Shown one piece after another: positions 1 through 12,299 of a DNA stretch of 64,000 nt (the stretch's first letter is position 1; each line of letters begins with the position of its first letter). The notes beneath the pieces are model-generated. The model saw only the letters and a list, made by a program, of their open reading frames with translations, was not told where the DNA came from and ran no database searches. Both the position numbers and the translations under genes were made by a program. This DNA is from Raillietiella orientalis (Eukaryota): the NCBI GenBank assembly GCA_036172245.1, contig JAYWIR010000012.1, positions 2,170,001 to 2,234,000 on the forward strand, written 5' to 3'.

Positions 1-43
1 TGGAAGGGGCTTGGTTTTCTCACGCAGACTGATGTTGACCTAC

Positions 44-417
44 CTTCCCGTTTATATAATCTCCATGGCAAAGGGAGAAGAACATCACTTTTCTTTGGTA
101 GCGCACTCGCCGGCGGTGATGGGTTTCGAGTTTTCACTTTCGAAGTTGGACCGTGGAAGACCGCCAAGGACCCGGGATTGGGAAACCCTTCCGACATCGA
201 AATGGCGCTGCCTTCATCCTACTTTTGGTTGAACAGGGTGGAGTCATGCTAGCCGAGACGGTGCACAAGCTGAGCACAGGTTCGCTTTCCACATCTCCGT
301 GTTCCTCCGTTGTTTGCTGGTTCCCGTGATGATCAAGAAGCATTCGCTTTCTTTGCTTGGTTTTTTACCAGCTAGAGTGGCAAACACGAGGCAGCACAGG
401 CTAAGAGCGGCGAGCAT
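44..417 (-). CDS. 5' part of a putative secreted protein of unknown family (3 exons; continues beyond the left edge)
   Basis: Exons 417-369, 316-267 and 218-44 are joined by GT-AG introns of 52 and 48 nt with consistent phases (1, 0). A third intron starts gtaggt at 43 and reads ...ccccttcca at position 1, so it would be a 44-nt intron if the next base is G. Intron sizes match the FAM91A1 mini-introns. Translation MLAALSLCCLVFATLA-ANNGGTRRCGKRTCAQL-DEGSAISMSEGF...LPWRLYKRE starts with a signal-peptide-like hydrophobic stretch. No homology recognised. Confidence 0.55.
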
Positions 418-2949
418 CCCGAACTGTCCGCGACGCCATAAAAGTACCAATCATTTCTCTTAGCGTATAAGTGAGACGAATGGGGAAAAGAATGAAGAAT
501 CATCGATAGGTCCTCGACAGCCTCCTTATAAAAAGAAAATAGCCTGTTGTATCGCTTGTTCCAAACGCTGTGTTCCTTCCGTTTATGCAATTTTTGAGCA
601 ATTTGGAATTCCAGTCAGCTACCCTTCGCGACTGATGGCTGTGAGGAATATCTGACAGTGCAGGGAAACTCCGTTGCACGGCTGTTTTTTTGTTTTTGGT
701 TAAGCGAAAATCGTCCGAGATTCCAAAGCCAGTGCAAAAAAAAAAAAAAAAAAGCCGATATTTGATTCTGAACTGCACATGGCTGAAAGACATTTCATTT
801 CTCCCATCGAAGTTGCCGGGAATTTCGGGAAAGAGGGACGAGGATAAACAGCTCGAAGTGAGAATTATCGAGGGGGTGCTGATAGCGAACCGGAATCACG
901 GAACCAGCAGTTTTGTGACGCAGAAAGAGCGAATCCTTGAGGCCGAATGTGACCCACAAATGCAGTTTCCACCATAAATGCAGTAGAAGAAGATAGAGCG
1001 AGCATAAGGCCTGTTAGACTACTGGTTGCTTATGACCCTTTGAAGGGCATCGTGTGCTTGGGGAGAAACGGAAACGAGGCATTGAATCTCTGGGATCCAC
1101 GCTATCCTTCAGCTCAAGACCCCAGAAAATAATTTATTCAGGGGAACAGCGAGAGTGGAGCTTGGGAACAAATATGAAAGTTCATCTCGCAGAGGTATCC
1201 CTGTCCTCCTCCTTTCATACCAAGGAACAGATCTGTAGTAACGGTCATCCACGTGAGCGATGAGCTTCCGTCGAAAATCCAATTTAAAATTCTTCGACAG
1301 CTGAAAAATTTTGACCAACCTTCGGTTGTTCTTAGAAGCCGGAACTTCCGGATACTTCAGGACCTCCTCAAAAGCTAGACTGTCCGCATTCCTCAGGATC
1401 TGTTAATTATGAGAAAGTGGGTTTTAAGGAAGATACTGAATTTATAATCGAATAAGAAAGCAAATGCATGAGGAAGATTGCCAGAATCCCAACTTTTCTC
1501 GCGCTTTTATTGATGCATGCATAATCGCATGAGATGGCGCATGTGAAAATTTGCAAATTTATAATGGGAAATGCCGTCCACTTGTGGTGCTGCGGCTCGA
1601 TCACCCAAAGCAAAATATTTTACGCGTTTTTCGCTCGTTCTAAAGGGGATATGTGGACAGAATGCTGAAAGATGCATCGGTGTGTGACCATAGGATTTTC
1701 TTCTCAGCTTCCGGTTTCCAGAAAATTTCCAGAAAATAGCACGCAGCAAAAACTTGCGTGAGATCACGCACCGTTCCTCCGTCTCCCGGTTACAGCTGGG
1801 ATCTCCATCTTGAGATCCGGAATTTTTGGCCTCCATCCATATCTGGTGTTTTCATCTCTTTTTCATCACTTTTTCCAGTCATTTAGAAATCAATACCCTA
1901 AGCGTCAGTGCACTGAGAGTCGATCGATTTCAGGTGGACTGGATTTATGGTGCAGAGTGCAGTGGAAGGAGCAAATATCCCTTTGGCGAAGGAATCTTCC
2001 ACCAGGAAGCCCAGTTAACTCTATTTCGATCCTGTCCGCACACCCCGGTCCTTTTCCGTATTCTGTCATTGCTTTGCATTCCCGCAAATGACGTCTCCTG
2101 TTCCATGATTGTGCTAGAAATGTGCGCGCTGCTGTCGAACCATCACTTTGCCCCTAAATACTTGCAAAAGAAATTTTCGAGGCGTTCCTGAAACCAAAAG
2201 AGTTTCCTGTGACATTCAGTGAGCAGAAGACGAGCCCTACACACCCGATCTAGGACGCGCCGCTGTAGGATTGCGGTGGACATCTGATGCTGAAGTACTT
2301 ACTGGTCACTCAGATGCAAACTCTTAGTCTTGAGCAGCGCATCCTATATTACGGAAAGCGGCGCGTGAAGCTTCGGTAAGGTGGCCATCGCTTCCGCTTG
2401 GACATGGCCATTCTCACCAACTCTCGCAGACTGAATCTTGTCGTTTCTCATCCTCTCATGAGAGGGGGAGGTTTGTAGCACAAAGCGGAAGCGTTCCTTT
2501 TCGATGCGAACTGCGGTCCAGGAAGCTAGCAAACGTCGGAATTGTCGCACAGATGCAGACTTTGCAGACTTTGAGAAACCAACGTTGCAGAACGCACACA
2601 TTCGGATTTCGCATCCAATCCCAATGCTCTCTCCTCCCATCCTGTGTTCTCATCGGTAACCTCTGGTTAGCTACGGTTCGCCTACAACCTTCCTAACGCT
2701 GGATCATGACGCTCGTAAACAAGAGGGCTCTTGCACACACTGGAGAGACAGGAAGGAGAGGAGAATCGAGACGATGGGGATACCGTAAGAACGAGCTTAC
2801 TCCACGTTTCCTCCAGAGCTACACAAGACTTGATTGATGGAAGTCAGTGGGGGGGAGGGAAGAAGTTGCAAGGACGTAGAAATCCGTTGAGTCCCGAAGG
2901 ATCTCTGCATCACATCCTAATACTATAATTGTGGATAGTCGAATCTGGG

Positions 2950-5900
2950 AGCAGAAGACCCGAGATGAAACAACATTGTTTATTCATCTATCGCTGAAGT
3001 CCTACTTTGAAACATTCTTCTTTCGCCTCCAGTCGATAAGAGAGGGTACTCACAGTCATCCTCCATAGTCTCCTTTCCCAGACTAGAGTCCGTGCTCTGC
3101 GACCTATAAACCGCATCTTGAAAAGAAACCCCTAGAGGAAATTCAATGAGTCCTGGAAAATCCTTCAACTGTTGACAACAAAAGCACTGCCTTGAGTAGT
3201 CATGTTCAACGTTCTCCTGACCCCCGTGATATGGAGGGCACGGCGGACGAAGGCGAAGGATCTGTAGGCTCTCCATGCAAATGAGAATCGGGGAGACTGT
3301 AGCTATCAAGAGCCACTGAAGATTTCATGAACGAAAGTCAAAGATTTGATTTCCGTAGGACGTGGAAGCTTCGCTTTATAGATCGGCAGAACTCTTCATT
3401 CCAAAACGAAGATCACTCGGGTGTCGAAAGCGATGGAGCAGGTGCAGAGTACTCCGCTCCTCGTGCAGGGTTCAGAAAAGCAGTCACCATGGTCTGGTCC
3501 TCCCCTTGAGATGGGTTCAGCGAACGGAGAACGCTTTTTCGTGGAGCAGAGAAACCGAACCACGGGAAGAGCAGACAGGAACGAGAAGCTGGTAGAAGAT
3601 GCCGCGGCGAAACTTAAAAGCATGGTGTGGTACCGCGTACTCTGGCGAGCTCTTGGACTCGATGCGTCGGCGCCTCCCGCAGCGCAGAGCGGAAGGCGGC
3701 TCTCGGACCAAGGCAGCGAGCCGTCCTCTGTGGTTCTCTCAGATGGACTCCCCGCCGTCCGGGCGGCGGTTCCGGAGAAGATGAGCTTGAACCCCGCACC
3801 CGTGATGGCGCCTGTGGCAGAGTACACATCCGCGCAAGCGCAGATTCCCACATGGGTCGCGAGGAAGGAGAAAACGCTTCCCATGAGGGAAGTCTCAGTT
3901 GCGTTGTCAGTCTACAGACCAGAAGCCCAGGCGCTCCGGGCGTTCCGAAGCGTCTGCCATCTGACGTCTCTCGGGGAAGTTCGCCAGTCCGAAATGCTCG
4001 TTCCTGAGGTGGAATTCCGGGTGTTTTCCTCCTTTTTCCCCCTCTTTTCTTCAGGGCAAATACCCAACGAAGCGGACGCTGGGCATAATAAAGGCGGGAA
4101 AAACGCTTGGAGAAGAATTCAGAAGACCGTGAGGAATGGAAACCAGGAGTGGAAGGAGGAGGGGGCAGGGAAATTGGATGACCGATCGCCCTCGCGGGTT
4201 CGGCACCAGATTTCGTCACCGCACATGCCCAGAAGATAGAAGGCTGGCGAAATCGTGAGGCAACATCAGTGGACTCGTGCCGCTGTCGCTAAACCTTGAA
4301 AGTTTCTAGGAACGCATCTTCTGCGTTTCCTCGAAGCAGAGGGCCGCGCGGGCTCTCACCGAAAAAGCGCTCCTGCCACAGCGGATGGGCCGGGGTTATG
4401 GCCTTACGATAGATCTGGATTTCGCTGTCACTAAAGGGCTCCTGAGTTTAAGCCCGTCACGGTCTCTCTGTGGAACGAAGCTGCTTGTCTGTAAGCCCCT
4501 GGGTTAGCTCCACCCGTTCCTGCGCTTAGGCACCGTTGCCATAGTCGTGGCGGCCATTGCTTGAGGATTTCAGGCATGAGAGATGTAATGATGCGCAGCA
4601 TCTGGTTCTGGATGCTGCCCTCTCAGGGTTCTTTGGAAAAGGAAAAGGACGGCTCTCAGAGGACGGGGAGGGAGGGTTGCAAGGACAGAAGCTGTCAGTG
4701 GGGCTGACCTTTGGCTCCATCAGCATCCCTCGCTTGCCATTGGTTCTGCCCCGCATGAGCCACAGCCCCTCCTCATCCTCGCAGATCAGCAGTTCCTGCA
4801 TTGAGCCGAGCAAAATGGTGGTTCGCTTCTCCACTCGCTGGAGGAGATCACTCTTTCGGTGACCCGGGAAACTGAGCCTTTTTTTACGAAGGGTGCGTTC
4901 CAAGAAATGGCTGCTGTCGCATGTCATGGAACCGGTCCACAATCCTTCTCAGGGAAGGATTTAGCTCTCTTTATCTAGAGAAGTCCTTTGCCAATATTCC
5001 CAGGATTCACCCGGAGGCCGGCGTTGTGCCTCCCTCTTTGCTTCCTTCTGGCGCTGCCCGAGTTTAGCGCCGAGGCTGGAACGCGTGTGGTGGCTTCTCA
5101 CAGCTATGGAGCGAATCTGGTGCTGGGATGGATGTTGACGATGCAGTCGCACACCGGGACAGCCCTTTGAGGGCCATTCCTGTAGTCCAAGGGGATCTCG
5201 GAATGACTCTTATCCCAACGATGTTGGATGGGCGGAAGAAGAACTTCCCGAGAAGTCTGGATCGATGCTGCCGACTCGCAACTCAGAATTCCCGAGAGAG
5301 GGACGCGCACACTGTCCACTGCTCTCTTCTTGGGAACCCAGGATGCAAGTCCTCAGGTTAGGCTGCATAGAATCCTATTTAAGAGGCTGCAGTGTCCCTC
5401 GGGAAGGAAGACGGTGACGGAGGGCTTTCTTTCCCAGAACTCATTTGAGATTCACTGGATTTCCCTACCCTTCCCCCAGTGTCCTTGGTTCCGAGTAGAC
5501 CCTGTGGCGAACGTCTTCCAGGATGTCTCATGCAGAAGCAGGGACGGGGTAGGAAGATAGAGAAAAGGCGCTTTTGGGCTCTGGATGCACTTGAGGGTGG
5601 CACATGATGGCCCATCCTCTCCCCCATCTTCTTATCCGATAGGGGATAAAATGTTTTAGCCGGAGCAAGAACCTGAAAAGCGGGGCTCATATTCCGTGAA
5701 AAAGCTGCTTTTCTTGGATTCTCATCGTCCTGGTTATGAGCCTCACTTTTGGCTCCCTCCCCCTCCAGGAGAGCGCACAGAAAACGTCAAGAATCCATGA
5801 GAAGTCCCACAGGAGAGCTCCGAAAATCTTTTGTCCTGATCTTGTTCACGTGTTCTTTTAGGGGCAAAACAGATTTGCGCACTTTCCAGAATTTCCTGCA

Positions 5901-6240
5901 TCGTCATTCGATGGCGCCAGAGTGTTCATTTTCCAAAGGAAGAAAAATTAACAGGCAGCACGGAACAGCGATTGCACGAAATTGTTAGAGAATATCAAGG
6001 GGGAAAGATCGGCTACACAGAAGCTCTGGAATGGTGTAGGACAGGGGACAGCACATCAATCAATCAAGAGGAAAGAAGGGAATGGAGTCAACGTCATCAC
6101 AGCCACCGCGTCTCCTGCAGCCTGTGTGCGATGCAGGAGGCGCTCTCTTTTACTTTGGAATCCTTCAGAAGCCACTCTGCTACATTCCTCATTACTGCGG
6201 AGTTCAGACTCCTACTCTTCCCTTGCCTCCTCAAGGGTTT
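2950..6240 (-). mobile_element. Decayed L1/Tx1-like non-LTR retrotransposon ORF2 (EN-RT-zinc knuckle)
   Basis: Motif remnants in the correct order on the minus strand: endonuclease start RSLNSAVMRNV...LQET (~6230-6100), RT-like LRRIVDRF..QQPF (~4950), ETVTGLNS (~4460) and zinc-knuckle-like CPPYHGGQENVEH...C (~3240-3185). Many stops and frameshifts; boundaries approximate. Confidence 0.55.
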
Positions 6241-6479
6241 CCTAACGCCACGATCATCCCGACACGATACACGATTGGGCGATCGGCAAGGCAGGCGAAA
6301 GTCCATCCCTCGCGAGCAGCGCGCAGCAGCTCTTCTGGGGTGCCTTCGGGGCCAAGTAGGGCGGCCGCGAGGCGTTCTCCATACGCTCCGAAGGTCATCA
6401 AAGTCCACTATCAGGTCCAGCAACCTTTTCATTTTCCTTTGGAGCCTTGAGCAGTTTCAGAAGGCGCTCCCCTTCGTCA

Positions 6480-7585
6480 GGTGGCGCCTCTGATTGCACA
6501 GGAAACCCCGGTGCGCGAACAACAAGCCTCTTCGTGCCGCCATCTGAGTGGGAGCACTGAGCTGTTCAGATAGAGGGCAGGGCTCACAGTCTCTGACGGC
6601 GGAATCTTCATGTATTCCGCTCAGCGGAGAGTTCTTTAGCTCGGGCACTGGCGTCACCGCCCACTGGCACGTCTTCCACCCACCCACCGATTCCGCAGCT
6701 CCGTCCACGAGGTCACTCGGTGGCGCAGTCCATCCGCTTTGAGAAACCACATGGGAAGGAATCCGACCGGAAGGTGTGGTTTCCCTCCCGTGGGGAGGAC
6801 AGCGCCGCGGCTAGCGTGGCTCAGATCCACTTCTTTCCATTCCTTTCCACTTCTTCCAGAAAGAGTGCTCCCAGGACGAATCGTGGCATAACGTCGGCCC
6901 CAGGTGCCCACTGACTCCTGCCTCCAGGATCTCCATCCCACCCCCACTGACCTACGGGAAGGGTAGTGCCGAACTGCGCCGGATGCGAGAGAGGTGGAAT
7001 CCTTCCCCTTCATGCCAGTGAATGGCATGAAGCCCCCAGGAATTGGGGGAAGGGGAACGTTCCTCCGCGGCCCCTCCCCTTCAGCCCCAGCGTCGCCGTG
7101 AAGCTCCTCCTCGTGCCGAGCGCCATGCCGCCTGCCGCTGCAGCAGTCGCCCCTCTGCTGCCCGAAGAGGCTCCGCAGCATCCAGGCTGCGAGGCCGGGA
7201 GAGGGCGCAACGGCAGCGAAGTTGCCCGCTCCTGGACACCCTCCTTCCGCGGTCTGCGGATCGCCGCGATGAGACGGACCCAGACGGGGACGTCATCCCG
7301 GGAGGAGCTGGTCGGCCATCCCGCAGAGGATACGGAGGGTCCATCGGGGCGGGCAGTGGTCCCTTTCTTCTGCCGCTAAACCATAAGAACAGTCGTCCTT
7401 GTTTATTTTTGTGTGTGTGTGTTTTTCCTTTTTTTCTCCTCTCTCCTCCTTCATTCCCCTCCGTTCTGTTTACGGGCCTCGTTGGCACGTGTTTAAGGAA
7501 CCGTTCGACTCGGTGGGACGTGATGTCCTGCCCCTTTTTTTTGTATGTTTGTTCTTAAAATAAATGCCCCTGCGCTACCGGGAGA
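6480..7585 (+). mobile_element. 3' fragment of Tx1/L1-like family A (copy D)
   Basis: PNCAGCE knuckle remnant (~6970). Nucleotide block aggagctggtcggccatccc resembles the agg(g)cttgccagcatcct block of the other copies. T-rich tract, then the terminal aataaatgcccctgcgctaccggg motif shared with copies at 11.1, 18.8 and 41.3 kb. Confidence 0.5.
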
Positions 7586-8869
7586 AAATCCACCGGCACC
7601 CACGAGAGCGACCTCCGACATCGTCCTGTTGACTCGCATCCGCTTACGGGCGTGTCGCCTAGAGATCCCTGAGCGACGTCTACGGGATCAAGGACGAGAA
7701 CGTGAGTGGCAGGAGGAGGAAGGCTGCGTGTTGGAGCTGACACGTCTGGCGTGCAAGGGGCCGGGAAGATGACGGCTGCAAGGAGGCCTGAGTTTCCTCA
7801 AAGAAAACTTTCGGCACCGAAAGCTCGAAGTGCTGAAGGCCGGGAAGAGGGTTCGGGGGCTGTCTCCATGACGAATCCTCGTTCGGAAGGGACACTCCAC
7901 ACATGTGGAGGCCTCTGAGAGGAACGAACGTCGATGAGCGCATCTCACCGCGCTGAGAGCGGGCAGGGTGGTCGGGAAGCCAAGGTGGGCTGGGAGCTTC
8001 AGGAGGTGTTCAAAGTCCCCGCTTAGCGGGGACTTTGAATTAGCAGACGCTGCGTCGGTTCCTTTCGCGAGGAGACCGACTGATGGCGCGATGTTCCACT
8101 GCACCATCCGCAGCGTGGTGAAGACCCAGTGCTGCGCCAAGGCCAGTGGGAAGCTACCTGCATTGCTGCCTCCATCTCCAAAAAATGAGAAGCAGCAAGG
8201 AGATGAGGCCAACGTCTGAGTCTGCCCACCTCTGGGGGGCACAGTTTCGTAAAAATTGCATTGCCGCTTCTGCCTTGGCGGAAGGCTCTCACATGACCCA
8301 GCTGACTCACCGCGTTTCCGGACACTCCTGTCTTCAGGTGCAGCGTAAGCCTTGCAGAGTCCGCTTGTCCACGTGCAGTACAGCGAGGATTCCGTGGTCG
8401 CTACGCAGTTCGAGAGGGATGACCGACCTGCCTGGCGGGTGATGGACATCCTCCTGGTTTCTTCTCTGCTTCCGCTGTTTTCCCTTGTAGCTTTTTCTTT
8501 GGTTCGCAAAGTGCTGAAAAACCTTCGCCTCCTCGGGATGGGGGGGATAAGGGGGGGGGGGCTGACGAAGCTCTTTGGAGCTGTCCACACCACCTGAGGG
8601 TGCGATGGGTGCGTGTAGCTCTTCAAGTTATAAGGGACACACCGGAGTGACCACCCTATGAATTCAGGAGGGTTCCAGAGGAGGGAATCCATTCCTCTGG
8701 TAGGGGCTTGGTAGGGAGACCCTGAAGGGAACGCTCGCCCCAGTTGGCTACGAAGGGAATCCCGAAGGGAACCTCTTCCTTGTTCTCCCCCTAAAGGACC
8801 TTATGACGAAGGCCACTCCACATTTCCAACCCGAAGGGAATCTGTATTTCCTCCTGGTATTTCCTTTCT

Positions 8870-9312
8870 TTAGGGGATCCGCAAGGAAACTGCTCCTGGG
8901 TTCCTCCTCTCAAGAGAACTCCGAAGGGATGCTTCCCCATTAATCTGGAGGGCCTCCCCGAAGAAATCAGCTCTCTTATTCACACTCTGGAGAGGTATCC
9001 ATCCACCACCTCCATGATACGAGATGGAGAAGTTTCCCCTGGAAGGGGGCTCCATTTTGCACAACCGGAAGGGAACCCTGCTTCTGATTCCTGGAAGGAC
9101 CCCGGAAGGTAGCTCGCAATCCTAGTCACTGAATCGAGGGCATATGCTTTTTGTCAGCTTCCACCCAGGGACGCACCCGATTTTGTGCCAACCAGCGTCA
9201 TCTTTCGGGGGGAATTCGAACTCGCGACGCACCCATTTCTCTGGCTTCCCCGGGAGATTCGAACCCTCGACGTCTGGGGCCGCGAGAGCAGGGCGCAGCC
9301 ACGTGGCCTCCT
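8870..9312 (-). mobile_element. tRNA-headed SINE-like element, copy 1
   Basis: Minus strand has A-box-like gaggccacgtggc and B-box gggttcgaatc. The body aligns by eye with 40795-41230 and 44175-44545 (e.g. ggggt(c/t)ctt(c/g)ca(g/a)gaatca in all three; gatacctctccag with copy 3; ggaagc.tcccttcgg.gttctctt.agaggagga with copy 2). Confidence 0.7.
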
Positions 9313-9719
9313 CATCCGACGGGGGCACAAACGGGTTGGGCACGTTTATGCGCGCGCCGGCAAGCCCACTGAACGCCTTGAAAGGCAGAAGAGCAACATT
9401 TTGCCCTGCATTGAGTGGACGGTGCCCAGCTTTGGCGGCTCGGCCACCGCCATTTGTTTCCTCATCCGGTCACGCCGGGCGAAAGAATCGCCTAGCAGAG
9501 CGGTCGAAATGAAGAAGAAGAAGAAGAAGAAAAAAGCCATTTTTTCGCAGCGAGAGTTCAGTCCGGTTACTTTGCCACTTCCCGGAGGAAGTCGTCACTG
9601 CCCAGGAGCAGTTTGCCTGAAGAGGTAACAAGGAAAAGTGAGGGAAAAGGGAAATAAAAGAAAAAAAAAACAAAAATTACGAACATTCAACCAAAAAAGG
9701 TTTAAAATGTTGAGAGGCA

Positions 9720-11175
9720 AGGGGAGGGGTCATCGAGACTTCCCTGGAATCCTCTGCACCCTTTGCAGGATGCCGTCAAGTTCTCCCCTGGTACTCGCTT
9801 CTGCCCAATGACATTCATTGAAAAGGCTACCGAGGGCACGCGACGGACTCGCTCGCTGACGAGTCCGTAGCGGGCGACTAGCTCGACGACCACCCGTGAG
9901 GGTGGACTCCAGGAGACAGAGATCGATCCAGTCAGACCATTCCAGGTTCGAGTTGGAGCTCGTCTTCCCGGGAAGATGAAGAATACCTAGAAGTTACCGG
10001 GCGGTTGGATCTGCCGTCCGGAGGCCACGGAGCGGACTCCGTGCTTTCCTCCGTCGCCTAGCAATCACCGATCCGGAAGACTGGGACCACGTGAAGGGCT
10101 TGGCTCGGCAGTTTTGAGTCTGAGCCAACCGTCCCTCCTGCGAACGGTAGCGCCTGGTTTCAGGAAACCGTTCGCACGTGGTCGAGGAGCCATGAGCGAT
10201 GCCCGGAACAGGCGCAACGATTCTTGCACGGGCCCTACAACAGCTGCTCACTCTGGGAGATCACCGAGTATCCCGGGAAGAGTGCGTGAGCAAGTAAAAT
10301 CCCTTTCGCCTCAGTGCTGCTCTCCCTGAGGGAGCACATGGGCAGCAGCCTTGCGGCAAGATGGGAGGTCTCAGTGGAAATCTCCGCTAGGAGGAAAGCA
10401 CTGGGTGAGTGGACGACGAGTCAGCTCACAGACGCTACGACCCTGGGTGCCCCACCCCGAGGACTTCTGCGCTAAGCGAGCTCTGGAAGACCTGCAGTGA
10501 CCCCCCGTGCTCTTGGTCACTCACATCCTCCCCTTGTAGCGGCAGGAGTCTGCATGGATGCTGCTGCACTGGGGTTTCCCATGCAACGCCCGCAGGCATC
10601 ACTGGACCCCAACTGTCAGGTGCGGGGAACGTGGCTCCCTCCTGCACCTTCTTCTGGATTGTGCTGCCCTCCGGCCCCTTTGCGAGCGCTTTGCCGCGAC
10701 CCTGGGAATTCCCGGTGGCAATCAGAGGGACGCTGTTGAGACCCTCTTCGTAAGCGACACCCTTCGGCCGGCAGTCCCTCCAGCAGCTCTCTGCTGCCTA
10801 CGCGGGATTGTGACTGCCTGGAGCGATGCAAGAAGAGGACAAAGTGACAAGGGTACCACATCCACTTTGCCGTCCACTTCATGAGGATGGCAACAAGATG
10901 GCCCCTCCTGGAAATTATGCAGAGAGGGCTTGCCAGCATCCTCGAAAGGATGCAAAGGACAGCCCCCAGCAGAACTTGATCCCTCCTCCCAACCTCCCAA
11001 ATTTATTTATTTATTTGTTAGCTCCCTCCCTCTCTGCTGCCGGGGCGTACCCAGTAGGTCCGCGTACCGACAACCCGGCAAGTTCCCTTCGAAATGGACG
11101 TGGTTGGACTATCGGCCTCACCACAAAAATTGGGGATATCTGTTTTCTCGAATGAACGCCCCGGCGCACTCGGCT
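9720..11175 (+). mobile_element. 3' part of Tx1/L1-like family A (copy A)
   Basis: zf-RVT-type C-terminus LLHWGFPC...RCGERGSLLHLLLDCAALRPL (ORF 10558-10884), then a T-rich tract and conserved 3' tail ending aatgaacgccccggc. Confidence 0.7.
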
Positions 11176-12299
11176 GGAAAACCGTGCCTTTTGCCTCCAG
11201 TTTCGTGAAGGGTGCCGGGAACAGCCGCGCTTTCCTACAAGCGCGACCCCACTCCAGACGCTTAGATGTGCGCGAGCTGGCCGAACGCAAGGTCAGGGCC
11301 GAGTGGCAGGTCCTTGTGACCCGGAACACGTGCGTGCTGGACGAGGTCGAAATCCCCTTCTCTCAGATGCGCCATGCTGGAACCCGCGTAGCTTAGGCGC
11401 TGGTTCCCGAGTGCACCGGAGACGCGAGCTCATTCGGTGTGGACGTCGCGGAGCGCAGATGTTCCTCACGACGAGATCGATCGCATCGGACCGCTGGACC
11501 GACGTCGTCGAAATGGATGCCACGGACGGCGTTCGCGAAATGCGCGCGCGCAAGGAATGAGGCTCCACTCATGTGCGAGGAACCACAGCGCCGGCGCGAC
11601 TTGCCTTGAGCGATTCCCAATCTCGATCCCCGACTCCCAGGAAAATCTTGTGGACCTCTTAGAAGAGAGCGAGGTAAAAGTGCCACAGGGCCGCCTCGTC
11701 GCGCCGTTGCAGATTCCGCCGACATTCCAGCCAGCAGTGCGCGATCGGGGGCGCAGAGGCGGCGACTTCCTGTGTTGCTGCCGGGAATTCTACGCCATGG
11801 TCCCTGCTTCGCGCTGAAGAGGGTCTCTACAGAAGGAGGAGGAACCAGGAGCTCTCGTTGCTCTCTATCCCTGCAGTGACCCTGGATGATCAGGATCTTG
11901 CCCAGACCACGATCCCACGGACATCGTCTCTCTTCCGGATGCCGGCAGGTTTGCCACTCCCTCGGGGATACGTGCCCCCTCCGGGTCTACACCGTGGGCA
12001 GCATCCCGGAATTCCCCTGAGGGTTTCCTCAAGGTCGTATCGCCGTTGGCCTTTTCGGCCAACTTTTCCTCCCTATTGCTATCTCTTAACTGACCTTGGA
12101 GGAAGCAACAGCATCGCCACCGCCTTCTGCCACCTCGACCGTCGAATTGGCGACATCACTGATCACGACGACATGTTCGCGCGTCACCTCTCTCGTGCTC
12201 ATTCGCTCCCTGCTCTGCCCTTCATCTTGGTAGTTCACGGATTCATCTCTCTCCTCTTCTTCAAACAGCGGCAAAGGACGCGGCTGACGGCAGTGCAGG

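Noticed and set aside
9845..9880. Hammerhead-like CTGACGA-GTCC...GGGC (also CTGAAGA...GAAA at ~3316-3336)
   Set aside because: The required GAAA after stem II is missing here. At 3316 stem II lacks a proper closing pair. No stems I/III with an NUH site.
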